Shown here: piece by piece, positions 7,945 through 16,407 of the stretch | How positions within the stretch are numbered: position 1 is the first letter of the stretch | Layout of the letters: each line of letters opens with the position of its first letter | NCBI GenBank assembly: GCA_964352665.1 | Contig: CAYGSJ010000005.1 | Location: 141-64,140, forward strand | Source: an uncultured Micavibrio sp. | GTDB lineage: Bacteria; Pseudomonadota; Alphaproteobacteria; Micavibrionales; Micavibrionaceae | Reading direction: 5' to 3' | DNA length: 64,000 nucleotides | The notes under the pieces: generated by a model | What the model was told of the DNA's origin: nothing | The model's database searches: none | What the model saw: the letters and a program-made list of their open reading frames with translations, nothing else | Translations under genes and position numbers: made by a program

Positions 7945-10900
7945 ATGCATAATCAATATATTAGCCGTCCTGAGTCTGATGAAAAATATATGTGGGAAGA
8001 GCTGGCTAAAGTGAATTCTGGAGAGCATATTGCGGTTTATACACGTCCCCCTGTAGAAAATACATCTCAAGCCACTGAAATCGAGGATATTACGCTGGAT
8101 GATTTTTCAGCAGATTTCTTGGTCACTAAAGAGTTAGACGCTGGGGAAACCAATGATATTGCACCGTTATCTTGGGAAAAAACGTCCTTGGATCATGAAA
8201 TAGAAGTCGTGAGTACACAAAGGGGCCAGATTGGCAGTGAAATAACCCATAATGCACCGATTGTAGAAGCATCAACTCCGTCAAAAAGCGATGATTCAGT
8301 AGAAGAATCAAGTAATTTTAGAGGCTGTGGTTGCTCAGGTTGCAGTCCCCTTAATAATGATATTGTTAGAGGCGTGGATAGAACATCAACAAACGCAACA
8401 AATACAGAAGTAGAGGACAATACTTTTGTTTTGCCGGTAGTGCCGGAAACATCGGAAGCCTCTGGCAGTGCTCCTTATTATGTTGAAGCATTGTTATCGG
8501 ACTATAGTTGGTCCAGCACAACGATAACATATAATTTTATGACGTCTGTACCCAGTTATTACAATCAAAATAATGAGGTTCATAGTGGTTTTCAGCCATT
8601 CAATCAGGATATGGTTGATGCCACATTGCAGATATTCAATATGATCGAAAGCTTCACAGATATCACCTTTGTTGAAGTGGGCACCCAGAATTCAGATATT
8701 ACACTTGGCACACATGATTTTTCAGAAACATCAAAAGCCCAGTTTGCAGGATATGCATATTATCCGGCAGGTGGTAATCTTGCTGGTGATATCTGGATAA
8801 ATAATTTATCTGATACTTATACAAATCCTTTGAATGACGATGGTGATTATACTCTTTTGCTCCATGAAATCGGACATGCTCTGGGCCTAGAGCACTCATT
8901 TGAGTCAGAAGATGGAGACTCTCTTTCTTTCCCAGAGGACTCTGACCAATACACAGTAATGTCGTATTCAAACCATCCAACAGCAGGTGAGCCGACAAGT
9001 TACATGAAATATGATATTGCTGCGCTCCAGTATTTATATGGTACAGATTACGATACGACGGGTGGTGATGATGTTTATACTTTAGAGGCTTATAAAACAC
9101 ATACAATTTGGGATGCCGGCGGTAGTGACACATTAGATGGGCAAAGTTTAGATCATTCGGCGCATATTGATCTTATGGAAGGCTTTGCTTCTATTCCTGG
9201 GGGTAGCGGTTGGCAAGATAATTTGGGCTTTGGGTTATATACGCAGATAGAAAATATTCTAGGTGGATCAGGGGATGATGTATTATATGGAAGTCTTGCC
9301 AATAACACATTATCCGGAGGCGCAGGAAATGATGTTATAAAAGGTGTTGTTAATAACGACCTTGTTTTTGCGGTTGATAATCTGATTGGTGGTGAGGGGA
9401 CGGATATATATGTAACTGATTCGGCGCTCTATGAATTTGACTTAGTAACAATCACAGATAATGAAGATGAAACGGTTCAACTGCTCGACAGAAACTATGA
9501 TAGTGGGCCGTGGATACCGGAATATAATCATTACTACGCATTTTTAACAGATTTTGAATATTACAAGTTTGATGACTTGATGCTATCGCATCATGAGCTG
9601 TTTTTGATAAAGCAGCCACTGAATGCACTTGAGGATATGATGGTTGATGCCATAAATGCGAAAGATTTTGCAGAGTTCGAATATCTGATGGATAGTTTAT
9701 CGGCTAATCCGAATTTTAAAGCCAGTGCGAGTGATACAGTTGTTGATAGCGCTGTACAGGACATTTTGGATTATCAATACGACATAACCATTACCGAGGG
9801 CGAGTTTAACACGGCACTCAATATATTCATGCAAACATTTGGCGATCGTTTTTCAAATGAAGAGGTGAAAGACTTTCTGAGCCAGATTGATCCATCCAAT
9901 ATGCAGGCTTATGGCATTATTCTCGAGCACACAAATCCTGATTTGGTAGAAAACCTGCCAAGCAATGAAGTAGCAGCGCGCAATATTTTGACCGGAAGCA
10001 TCGGGGGCGAAGTATTATTAGGGGAAAACAATCAGAACGATGCCATATTTGGTATGGAGGGTGCGGATAGCTTGTTTGGATTTGCCGGTAATGATTACCT
10101 TAATGGTGGGGTTGGCGATGATTTCCTAAGCGGTGGTGCGGGCGATGATGTTTTGGACGGCGGTGAAGGGCATGACACTTTAGAAGGCGGCACTGGTGCA
10201 GATATTTTTGTCATTAACACCGATACTCAAAGAATTCTAGACTTTAATGCTCTTGAAGGCGATAAGCTTGATATCACAGGTTTGCTTAAAGATTTTGATC
10301 CTTTTGCAGATAATTTGTCAGATTTTATTTATTATACCCCGTACGTTGAATTTGAAGTTTTAGGACAAATATACACATTTGATGCCAGGATAATTGTGGA
10401 TCCAGACGGCTTCAGTTTAGCTAATGATGTTGCCGGCATTAGTGAGTATGAAAGTTATGCGGCGGTTACTTTTGCGCAAGATCTAGGCAGTATTAACATT
10501 CAAGATTATTTAATTTATAGCGGAGCCGGAGGACATAACGTTTTCAACGGAACATCGGCATCAAATGTTTTTCAGGGTGACCTTGGTTTTGATATCTTGA
10601 ATTATGGTTCTTCAACAGCTGGCGTTAATGTAAATCTTCAAACCGGAGTGCTTGCCGGTGGATATGCGCAGGGTGACGAAATTTATTCAATAGAAGGAGT
10701 TTTGGGTACTGCTTTTGAAGATACAATTATCGGAGATGCGGCTGATAATAAGCTGTCTAGCGGAAATGGTAAAGACACGGTTGATGGCGGTGCGGGCGAC
10801 GATCATATTTATGGTGGTAGTGGTTTTGACACGCTCATTGGTGGTTTAGGCGCAGATGTCATTTACGGTGAAAACGGCAATGATGTTATATATGGTAATT

Positions 10901-11733
10901 CAGTTGTTTTATCTCTGAGTGGTACGATGCCGACAAACGGAGGCGTGCCGGACCCATCAGGCAATTACGCAGCATCAACCACAATGGCGGCGCCCATAGA
11001 TCATCCGGTTGATATGTATGATGATAATGCAGCCGATATTATTTATGGCGGTGCTGGCCATGACACAATTTATGGCCAAGGCGGTGATGATCTGCTTGAC
11101 GGTGGAATCGGGGCTGACACGCTTTATGGCGGAAAGGGCGACGACCTGCTGAATGGTGGCGAAGGGAATGATACCTTGCACGGCAGCGAAGGTGCAGACA
11201 CGCTTTATGGTGGCGATGGAAATGATACTTTAAAAGGTGGTGCAGGTGACGACCTTATATATGGCCAGAACGACGACGATACAATTCTGGGCGGCGAGGG
11301 CAATGACCACCTCAAAGGAAACTATGGTGATGATACGCTTTTCGGTGGCGAAGGGAATGATTTACTGTACGGGAATCAGGGCGCGGATATTTTGAATGGC
11401 GGTGCAGGCGCAGACACCCTAAGAGGGGGCGATGGATACGATCAATTTGTTTTCACTGCGGACACGGCTTTCGATGCCGTCGATACGGTTGTTGATTTCA
11501 GCATAACAGATCAAGATGTCATTGATATTTCTGATCTGCTGGTTGGGTATGACCCGTTGACAGATGCTATTACAGATTTTGTAAAAATCACGAATAGCAG
11601 TGGCGACAGCGTTTTGACAGTCGACGCGGATGGCGGGGCTAACAATTTCATCCAGATTGCTGTTCTTTCGGATATAACAGGCCTTACCGACGAAGCTTTG
11701 CTTGAACAATCAGGTATATTAATTACAGTTTAA
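7945..11733 (+). CDS. Serralysin-type (metzincin) metalloprotease / RTX exoprotein, probable type I secretion substrate
   Basis: HEIGHALGLEH zinc motif at 8863..8895, followed by a Met-turn (YTVMSYS). About 30 GGxGxDxUx nonapeptides by hand count in four blocks. The C-terminal ~95 aa (DQFVF..DVIDISDLL..DFVKI..SVLTVDADG..IQIAVL) resemble a T1SS C-terminal target domain. The ATG at 7945 (AAGGGA 8 nt upstream) is preferred over the GTG at 7909. Confidence 0.9.
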   Translation: MHNQYISRPESDEKYMWEELAKVNSGEHIAVYTRPPVENTSQATEIEDITLDDFSADFLVTKELDAGETNDIAPLSWEKTSLDHEIEVVSTQRGQIGSEITHNAPIVEASTPSKSDDSVEESSNFRGCGCSGCSPLNNDIVRGVDRTSTNATNTEVEDNTFVLPVVPETSEASGSAPYYVEALLSDYSWSSTTITYNFMTSVPSYYNQNNEVHSGFQPFNQDMVDATLQIFNMIESFTDITFVEVGTQNSDITLGTHDFSETSKAQFAGYAYYPAGGNLAGDIWINNLSDTYTNPLNDDGDYTLLLHEIGHALGLEHSFESEDGDSLSFPEDSDQYTVMSYSNHPTAGEPTSYMKYDIAALQYLYGTDYDTTGGDDVYTLEAYKTHTIWDAGGSDTLDGQSLDHSAHIDLMEGFASIPGGSGWQDNLGFGLYTQIENILGGSGDDVLYGSLANNTLSGGAGNDVIKGVVNNDLVFAVDNLIGGEGTDIYVTDSALYEFDLVTITDNEDETVQLLDRNYDSGPWIPEYNHYYAFLTDFEYYKFDDLMLSHHELFLIKQPLNALEDMMVDAINAKDFAEFEYLMDSLSANPNFKASASDTVVDSAVQDILDYQYDITITEGEFNTALNIFMQTFGDRFSNEEVKDFLSQIDPSNMQAYGIILEHTNPDLVENLPSNEVAARNILTGSIGGEVLLGENNQNDAIFGMEGADSLFGFAGNDYLNGGVGDDFLSGGAGDDVLDGGEGHDTLEGGTGADIFVINTDTQRILDFNALEGDKLDITGLLKDFDPFADNLSDFIYYTPYVEFEVLGQIYTFDARIIVDPDGFSLANDVAGISEYESYAAVTFAQDLGSINIQDYLIYSGAGGHNVFNGTSASNVFQGDLGFDILNYGSSTAGVNVNLQTGVLAGGYAQGDEIYSIEGVLGTAFEDTIIGDAADNKLSSGNGKDTVDGGAGDDHIYGGSGFDTLIGGLGADVIYGENGNDVIYGNSVVLSLSGTMPTNGGVPDPSGNYAASTTMAAPIDHPVDMYDDNAADIIYGGAGHDTIYGQGGDDLLDGGIGADTLYGGKGDDLLNGGEGNDTLHGSEGADTLYGGDGNDTLKGGAGDDLIYGQNDDDTILGGEGNDHLKGNYGDDTLFGGEGNDLLYGNQGADILNGGAGADTLRGGDGYDQFVFTADTAFDAVDTVVDFSITDQDVIDISDLLVGYDPLTDAITDFVKITNSSGDSVLTVDADGGANNFIQIAVLSDITGLTDEALLEQSGILITV
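11041..11445 (+). repeat. Largest RTX nonapeptide repeat block (coding)
   Basis: 15 consecutive GGxGxDxLx units, from IYGGAGHDTIYGQGGDDLLDGGIGADTLY to GGDGYDQFV. Confidence 0.9.
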
Positions 11734-11747
11734 AATACAAAACTACG

Positions 11748-11801
11748 TCGAGCGAACGTTTTTCAGGAATTCGTCTATTTGTTTTTGTAGCTCTACTGAT
11801 C
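11748..11801 (-). repeat. Repeat B2: second MCP-fragment copy, immediately downstream of the RTX gene
   Basis: Minus-strand translation is ...LISRATKTNRRIPEKRSLDV, compared with AISRATKTNRRIFEQYSLDV in copy 1. Weaker similarity continues to about 11830. Confidence 0.8.
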
Positions 11802-11926
11802 AGGTGGGCAAGCCTTCTGCTGGTAGACGAATCTTGCTATCTATAGTAAGTAAAAAAGATAGTTGAAAAAACATCTAGTTACGACAGACTACAGACGTAT
11901 GTTTGAAGCACTTCAAAGAGGCGTAC

Positions 11927-13105
11927 ATGATAGATAGAATTTTTATTTTTACTGCGGCTTTTTTTCTATTCGGCTCGCAAAATGCAAAAGCGGTTGAGTG
12001 GGCTTGTGATGGAAAGACAGGCCTTACCAGGCCGGTTCCGGTATGTTCGAAAAAGGATCCCTGTGTAAATATTTTGGGAACCTACAAATATCTTCCAACG
12101 CCGATAAACGTTATTGACACACCGAACCAAAGCCCCCCCGAATGTACAATCACGGAACGGGGTGTTCGTGTTGGAAGACAGGTGTTTCAAGACGGACCTC
12201 CCCATGAAATAAAGACATCCTTGGATGGTGCCACACGTCATTATTGTGCTTACTTTCCAACAGTTGCAAATCCAGAGACAAAATTGCCAGTCGTTATTTT
12301 TGTCCACGGATCTGGTGGTTATGGGGACAGCATGTATGACACAACGTCACTAAGAATAAAAGCGCCTGAGTTTGATCTGACTGGTGATCCCTCAAGAAAA
12401 GGTTTTATCCTCGTTTCGTTGCAGTCCCGGCTTTTACACTGGCCGACGGCCGGACCACAAGAAGGCGCAAAGTTTGATTCATACTTCAGGGATTATGATG
12501 CCAACCCTGATGTTGAATATCTTGATAAGGTTATCGATGAATTGGTTTCTAAGAAAAATGCAGACTCAAAACGTATTTATTTAATGGGCTGGTCCAACGG
12601 TGCGCGCTTTACATCTTTTTATGGTTTATATCGTCATCACAACCCAACACAGGGTGGAAATTATGTGGCAGCGATTTCGAATTATAGTGGCGGCGATCCG
12701 TTTGAAAATATCCGTGATGGGTTCTCGCCTAGCTGTAAAATAGCTTCTTACCCGGAATCAAAAATTCCATTTTATATGATTTCGCGGAATTGTGATGGAA
12801 TAGCGTGTAACACATCACAGGAAGAACGTATAAAGAAAGACAGTAAAGATCCTGTGACACCCGGGAATAATGCACAGACATGGATGCACACATTGCAGGA
12901 GAAAATAAAAAACCCGAATGCGCAATGGCAGTTAATTAATATTAAGGGAAAAGGTGTTAATAGATGTACACCGACATTCCTTTGTTCTGTTAAGTTTTCC
13001 TTCTTTGCACATTTGTTTTGGCCTGATGGCCATGAAGATAAATCAGGCCGCGATTGGGAGCCGGAAATGCTTAATTTTCTCAGGGATCACCCCCTGACTA
13101 GATAA
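11927..13105 (+). CDS. Secreted alpha/beta-hydrolase (esterase / PHB-depolymerase-like)
   Basis: ATG at 11927 with AAAGAGG upstream. Signal-like N-terminus (IFIFTAAFFLFGSQNAKA). Oxyanion-type VVIFVHGSGGYGD and nucleophile elbow GWSNG (IYLMGWSNGARF). Confidence 0.65.
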   Translation: MIDRIFIFTAAFFLFGSQNAKAVEWACDGKTGLTRPVPVCSKKDPCVNILGTYKYLPTPINVIDTPNQSPPECTITERGVRVGRQVFQDGPPHEIKTSLDGATRHYCAYFPTVANPETKLPVVIFVHGSGGYGDSMYDTTSLRIKAPEFDLTGDPSRKGFILVSLQSRLLHWPTAGPQEGAKFDSYFRDYDANPDVEYLDKVIDELVSKKNADSKRIYLMGWSNGARFTSFYGLYRHHNPTQGGNYVAAISNYSGGDPFENIRDGFSPSCKIASYPESKIPFYMISRNCDGIACNTSQEERIKKDSKDPVTPGNNAQTWMHTLQEKIKNPNAQWQLINIKGKGVNRCTPTFLCSVKFSFFAHLFWPDGHEDKSGRDWEPEMLNFLRDHPLTR

Positions 13106-13244
13106 ACCCTAAAACATTTATTTTGTAGCAAAAGAAGACAGTGTCGCATTAAACTTTTGCTGATGTGATACCTTTATTTATAACACCAGCGATGATAATG
13201 TATGGATAAAGTGGGTCAGGAAAATTTTATCAGGGGAATAACCA

Positions 13245-13988
13245 ATGAGCCAAAAAGAAAATAGTTCAGTTGCATCCTTAGCCGAGGCAACAAAAAGTAT
13301 CGCCGATTTTTCAGGTCATGGCGCTGCATTGGGTGCTGCCGGATACAGGGTTGCAAGCGACCATCCAGAAAATTGTGAATTTTTATCGGAACCGGGGCAA
13401 AGCATTGCAATATCTCCAGGTTCTCAAGGGTTTGAATCAATTATGATTGGTGTGGCATGGGACAATTTGCACCTTCAGGAAACCGGCCTTTTTACCAAAT
13501 TGTTTAAAAAAGTGCGTAAGGTAGGAGTTGATCTTGATATTGGGTGTTTATATGAAATGCAAGATGGAACAAGAGGGGCTATTCAGGCCTTTGGTAAGAA
13601 ATTCGGAGATTTCGAAAATGCACCCTATATCTCTCTTTCTGGTGATGAAAGAACAGGGAATGCAGACGGGCACGACGAATATATTCTTGTGAACGGCCAG
13701 AAATGGAATGATATTAAACGCATGCTCCTCTACATATATATATATAAGGGCGCACCAAGCTGGTCAGTGATTAATCCGCAGGTTGTCATAGATGTTCCGG
13801 GCGAAAATGATTTATACGTCACCTTAAAAGCACATGATGATAAATTATGCTTATGTGCAGTCGGTGAATTAGAAAGTGTTCGGGGCGGCATAAAACTTAC
13901 GAACAGAACGGAATACTTCCCGGGTCATGAAGAAATGGATCGTGCATTTGGGTTTGGTTTGAACTGGGCAGACGGCGTAAAGACCTGA
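13245..13988 (+). CDS. TerD-domain protein with a unique ~60-aa N-terminal extension
   Basis: 247-aa ORF. TerD-like core (IGVAWDN...VDLDIGCLYE...ISLSGDERTGNADGHDEYILVNG...LLYIYIYKG). AGGGGA RBS upstream. Confidence 0.75.
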   Translation: MSQKENSSVASLAEATKSIADFSGHGAALGAAGYRVASDHPENCEFLSEPGQSIAISPGSQGFESIMIGVAWDNLHLQETGLFTKLFKKVRKVGVDLDIGCLYEMQDGTRGAIQAFGKKFGDFENAPYISLSGDERTGNADGHDEYILVNGQKWNDIKRMLLYIYIYKGAPSWSVINPQVVIDVPGENDLYVTLKAHDDKLCLCAVGELESVRGGIKLTNRTEYFPGHEEMDRAFGFGLNWADGVKT

Positions 13989-14020
13989 TACTCACTACGT
14001 AATTTTGCAGAAAGCCTGTT

Positions 14021-15007
14021 ATGATTTCACTTGCCTATTATGATACAACAGTCCTCGCGCTGGGCGCATTATTTTTGGGCATTATCATGTTAATCAAGGG
14101 GGGGGCATGGACCGTAGACTCCGGCGTGTATGTCGCCAGACGCTTCGGAATTTCTCCAATGGTGGTTGGGTTTACGATCATTGCTTTCGGGACCTCTTTT
14201 CCCGAACTGGTTGTTTCTGTTGTTGCAAACCTACAGGGTTCTCCCGGCATAACGCTCGGGAATGTTTTAGGGTCTAACATCGCCAATATTCTCATGGTTC
14301 TAGGGTGCACAGCGATTCTAATCGATGTCAAAGTCAAACCCACCCGTCCTTTGATTCGTGATTTGGTCTTCATGATTTTTGCGACGGTAGGATTGATCAT
14401 TGCACTGAAAGTCGGTGGCGTTTCGAGAATTGCAGGGTTGTCCATGATTGCCATTCTTGGTGCTTATATTTTCTATCAATATAAAACCACAAAGCAGGAA
14501 GAATATGTCCCAGGTGAAATGGATGAAGTGATTTTCAAAAGCGACATCATTGCCTATGCCTTGTTGCTATTAGGCCTTGTATGTATTGCTGTGGGTGCAG
14601 AATTTCTAGTGAAAGGTGCAAAAGTGAGCGCGGGATTGATGGGTGTACCAGAATCTGTGATAGCCCTTAGTATAATTGCCTTTGGAACCTCATTACCTGA
14701 GTTTACCACAAGCATTATTGCCGCGCGCAAAGGTCAGACAGCCATGGTTGTAGGCAATATTGTGGGCTCCAATGTTTTTAATATCCTTATGATTATCGGG
14801 TTTTCCTCTGTGGTTCAGCCTATTTCTTCGTCTGCATTTTCGCCGCAGATACAGGCTTTTGATGTATGGGTAACACTGGCTGTTTCTATGGTTTTGGTGG
14901 TTCTCTTGTTATTAAGGGGCAAGATTGACCGGATTACCGGCAGTCTGTTTTTTTTAATGTATATCGCGTATAATATTTATATATACGCTGTGAGTATGAG
15001 TGCTTAG
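14021..15007 (+). CDS. Ca2+/Na+ (cation) antiporter, CaCA / YrbG-like
   Basis: 328-aa polytopic ORF with the two conserved alpha-repeats (FGTSFPELVVSV..GNVLGSNIANIL and FGTSLPEFTTSI..GNIVGSNVFNIL). Confidence 0.88.
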   Translation: MISLAYYDTTVLALGALFLGIIMLIKGGAWTVDSGVYVARRFGISPMVVGFTIIAFGTSFPELVVSVVANLQGSPGITLGNVLGSNIANILMVLGCTAILIDVKVKPTRPLIRDLVFMIFATVGLIIALKVGGVSRIAGLSMIAILGAYIFYQYKTTKQEEYVPGEMDEVIFKSDIIAYALLLLGLVCIAVGAEFLVKGAKVSAGLMGVPESVIALSIIAFGTSLPEFTTSIIAARKGQTAMVVGNIVGSNVFNILMIIGFSSVVQPISSSAFSPQIQAFDVWVTLAVSMVLVVLLLLRGKIDRITGSLFFLMYIAYNIYIYAVSMSA

Positions 15008-15034
15008 CAGACTTAAATATAGAGGTAACTAAAC

Positions 15035-15676
15035 ATGGTTGATATTTTTGATCCATCCTTTGAACAGACAGCAGAGGTAGAGCTTTCTGATAACAGGTGT
15101 TCAAAGGGAGACGATATTAATCTCACCGCCAAGGACCCCACGATGAAATCAGTCGTAATTGGTATAGGCTGGGACTTGAATACGTTTGAAACGGATACGC
15201 TGGATCTGGATGTGAGTTGTTTCCTTTTGAATAAGGACGAGAAAACCAGAGTGGATGGAGATTTTGTTTTCTACAACAATATGGAGGCCAGCGAAGGAGC
15301 CATTATTCATCACGGGGATAGTCGTACAGGTGCCGGCGAGGGAGACGATGAATCCATCACGGTTCACCTTAATAACATACCATATGATGTTCAAAAGGTG
15401 ATGTTTGCACTCTCGATTTATCGCGGTGAAGAAAAAGAGCAATATATGGGAACAATGAGGCGCGCCTATATCCGTGTGCTTAATGAATCGAATAATCAGG
15501 AAATTCTGCGCTATGAAATTACAGAAGACTGCAAAGGGAAAACGGAAACAGGTATGCTGGTGGCCTCTTTAAACCGTGAAGGTCCCAAGTGGCATTTCGA
15601 GGCTGTTGGTGAATTTGTAAAAGGTGGTCTCGCAGAAATTGCCAGTGGCTATGACATTATTGTTCATACAGGTTAG
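15035..15676 (+). CDS. TerD-family stress protein
   Basis: 213-aa ORF. Canonical TerD motifs (IGIGWDLN, LDLDVSCFLLN, DFVFYNN, HHGDSRTGAGEGDDESI, VMFALSIY). Confidence 0.85.
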   Translation: MVDIFDPSFEQTAEVELSDNRCSKGDDINLTAKDPTMKSVVIGIGWDLNTFETDTLDLDVSCFLLNKDEKTRVDGDFVFYNNMEASEGAIIHHGDSRTGAGEGDDESITVHLNNIPYDVQKVMFALSIYRGEEKEQYMGTMRRAYIRVLNESNNQEILRYEITEDCKGKTETGMLVASLNREGPKWHFEAVGEFVKGGLAEIASGYDIIVHTG

Positions 15677-16194
15677 TGTTTCATACCCATCATAGGAATT
15701 GGTTTTTGTTCGACTTTAAACCCTTTTTTACCGACGCGTCCTTTTCGTCCGCCTCTTCCACCAGCACGATCTGTGAGCTCCTGCTCGATCAATTCATCAA
15801 TATTTGGTAGCTCACCCATTTGTATAGCGCCAATACAAAGATTAAAAAACGTACACCCGCGTTCGCCCCATTCAGAGATCTTGCTAGCGTAGTCTTCGCC
15901 TTTGACGAACATAAGCTTTTCCATCCAGACTTGCTCTTTACTTGGTAAAAAACGCATCAGCATAACCTGTTCGGGCTCGGCATATTTTTCATCTTCGACG
16001 TAACGGGCGTCGTTTTCATCATAAAGAAACTGTATTTCGACTTCTACATCTTCGCCACCCGGGCCCACACGAACCTCGGCCGAACAGGTAATACCCTGCT
16101 CGGCATCATGTAAAAACCAAGGTCTAGTCTGATACGGGGCAAGCTCAAAGCCAACGCCCAGCATATCCATAAGTTCTTTATAACTCGCACGCAT
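15673..16194 (-). CDS. Hypothetical protein with an Arg/Gly/Lys-rich C-terminal tail
   Basis: ATG at 16194 (TAGGG upstream) is preferred over the TTG at 16233. Acidic globular part, then a RAGGRGGRKGRVGKKGFKVEQK tail. No family recognised. The stop codon overlaps the TerD stop (TTAG). Confidence 0.5.
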   Translation of the reverse strand: MRASYKELMDMLGVGFELAPYQTRPWFLHDAEQGITCSAEVRVGPGGEDVEVEIQFLYDENDARYVEDEKYAEPEQVMLMRFLPSKEQVWMEKLMFVKGEDYASKISEWGERGCTFFNLCIGAIQMGELPNIDELIEQELTDRAGGRGGRKGRVGKKGFKVEQKPIPMMGMKH

Positions 16195-16407
16195 AACCCT
16201 ATCATAAGCCTTTCTTGGGAAGATTGAACACAAAAAATTAACTTATTGCAGAAAATTTATTCTTTTTAAGGATTTAATTGATAAAATTACCCTTAATGTA
16301 TGTGCAGTATAGGTAATTCATAAACTATGGTGTAGTATATCGGAGTAATTCGGGGGCACTCTGATTTTATTTTTTTAAAGATAATTTTCGTTTCATAGGG
16401 CAAATTA

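Noticed and set aside
9250-11450. Periodic DNA repeats that could be mistaken for a tandem or CRISPR-like array.
   Set aside because: The 27-nt periodicity is imperfect and corresponds in frame to GGxGxDxUx RTX nonapeptides within one long ORF. There is no repeat-spacer architecture and there are no cas genes.
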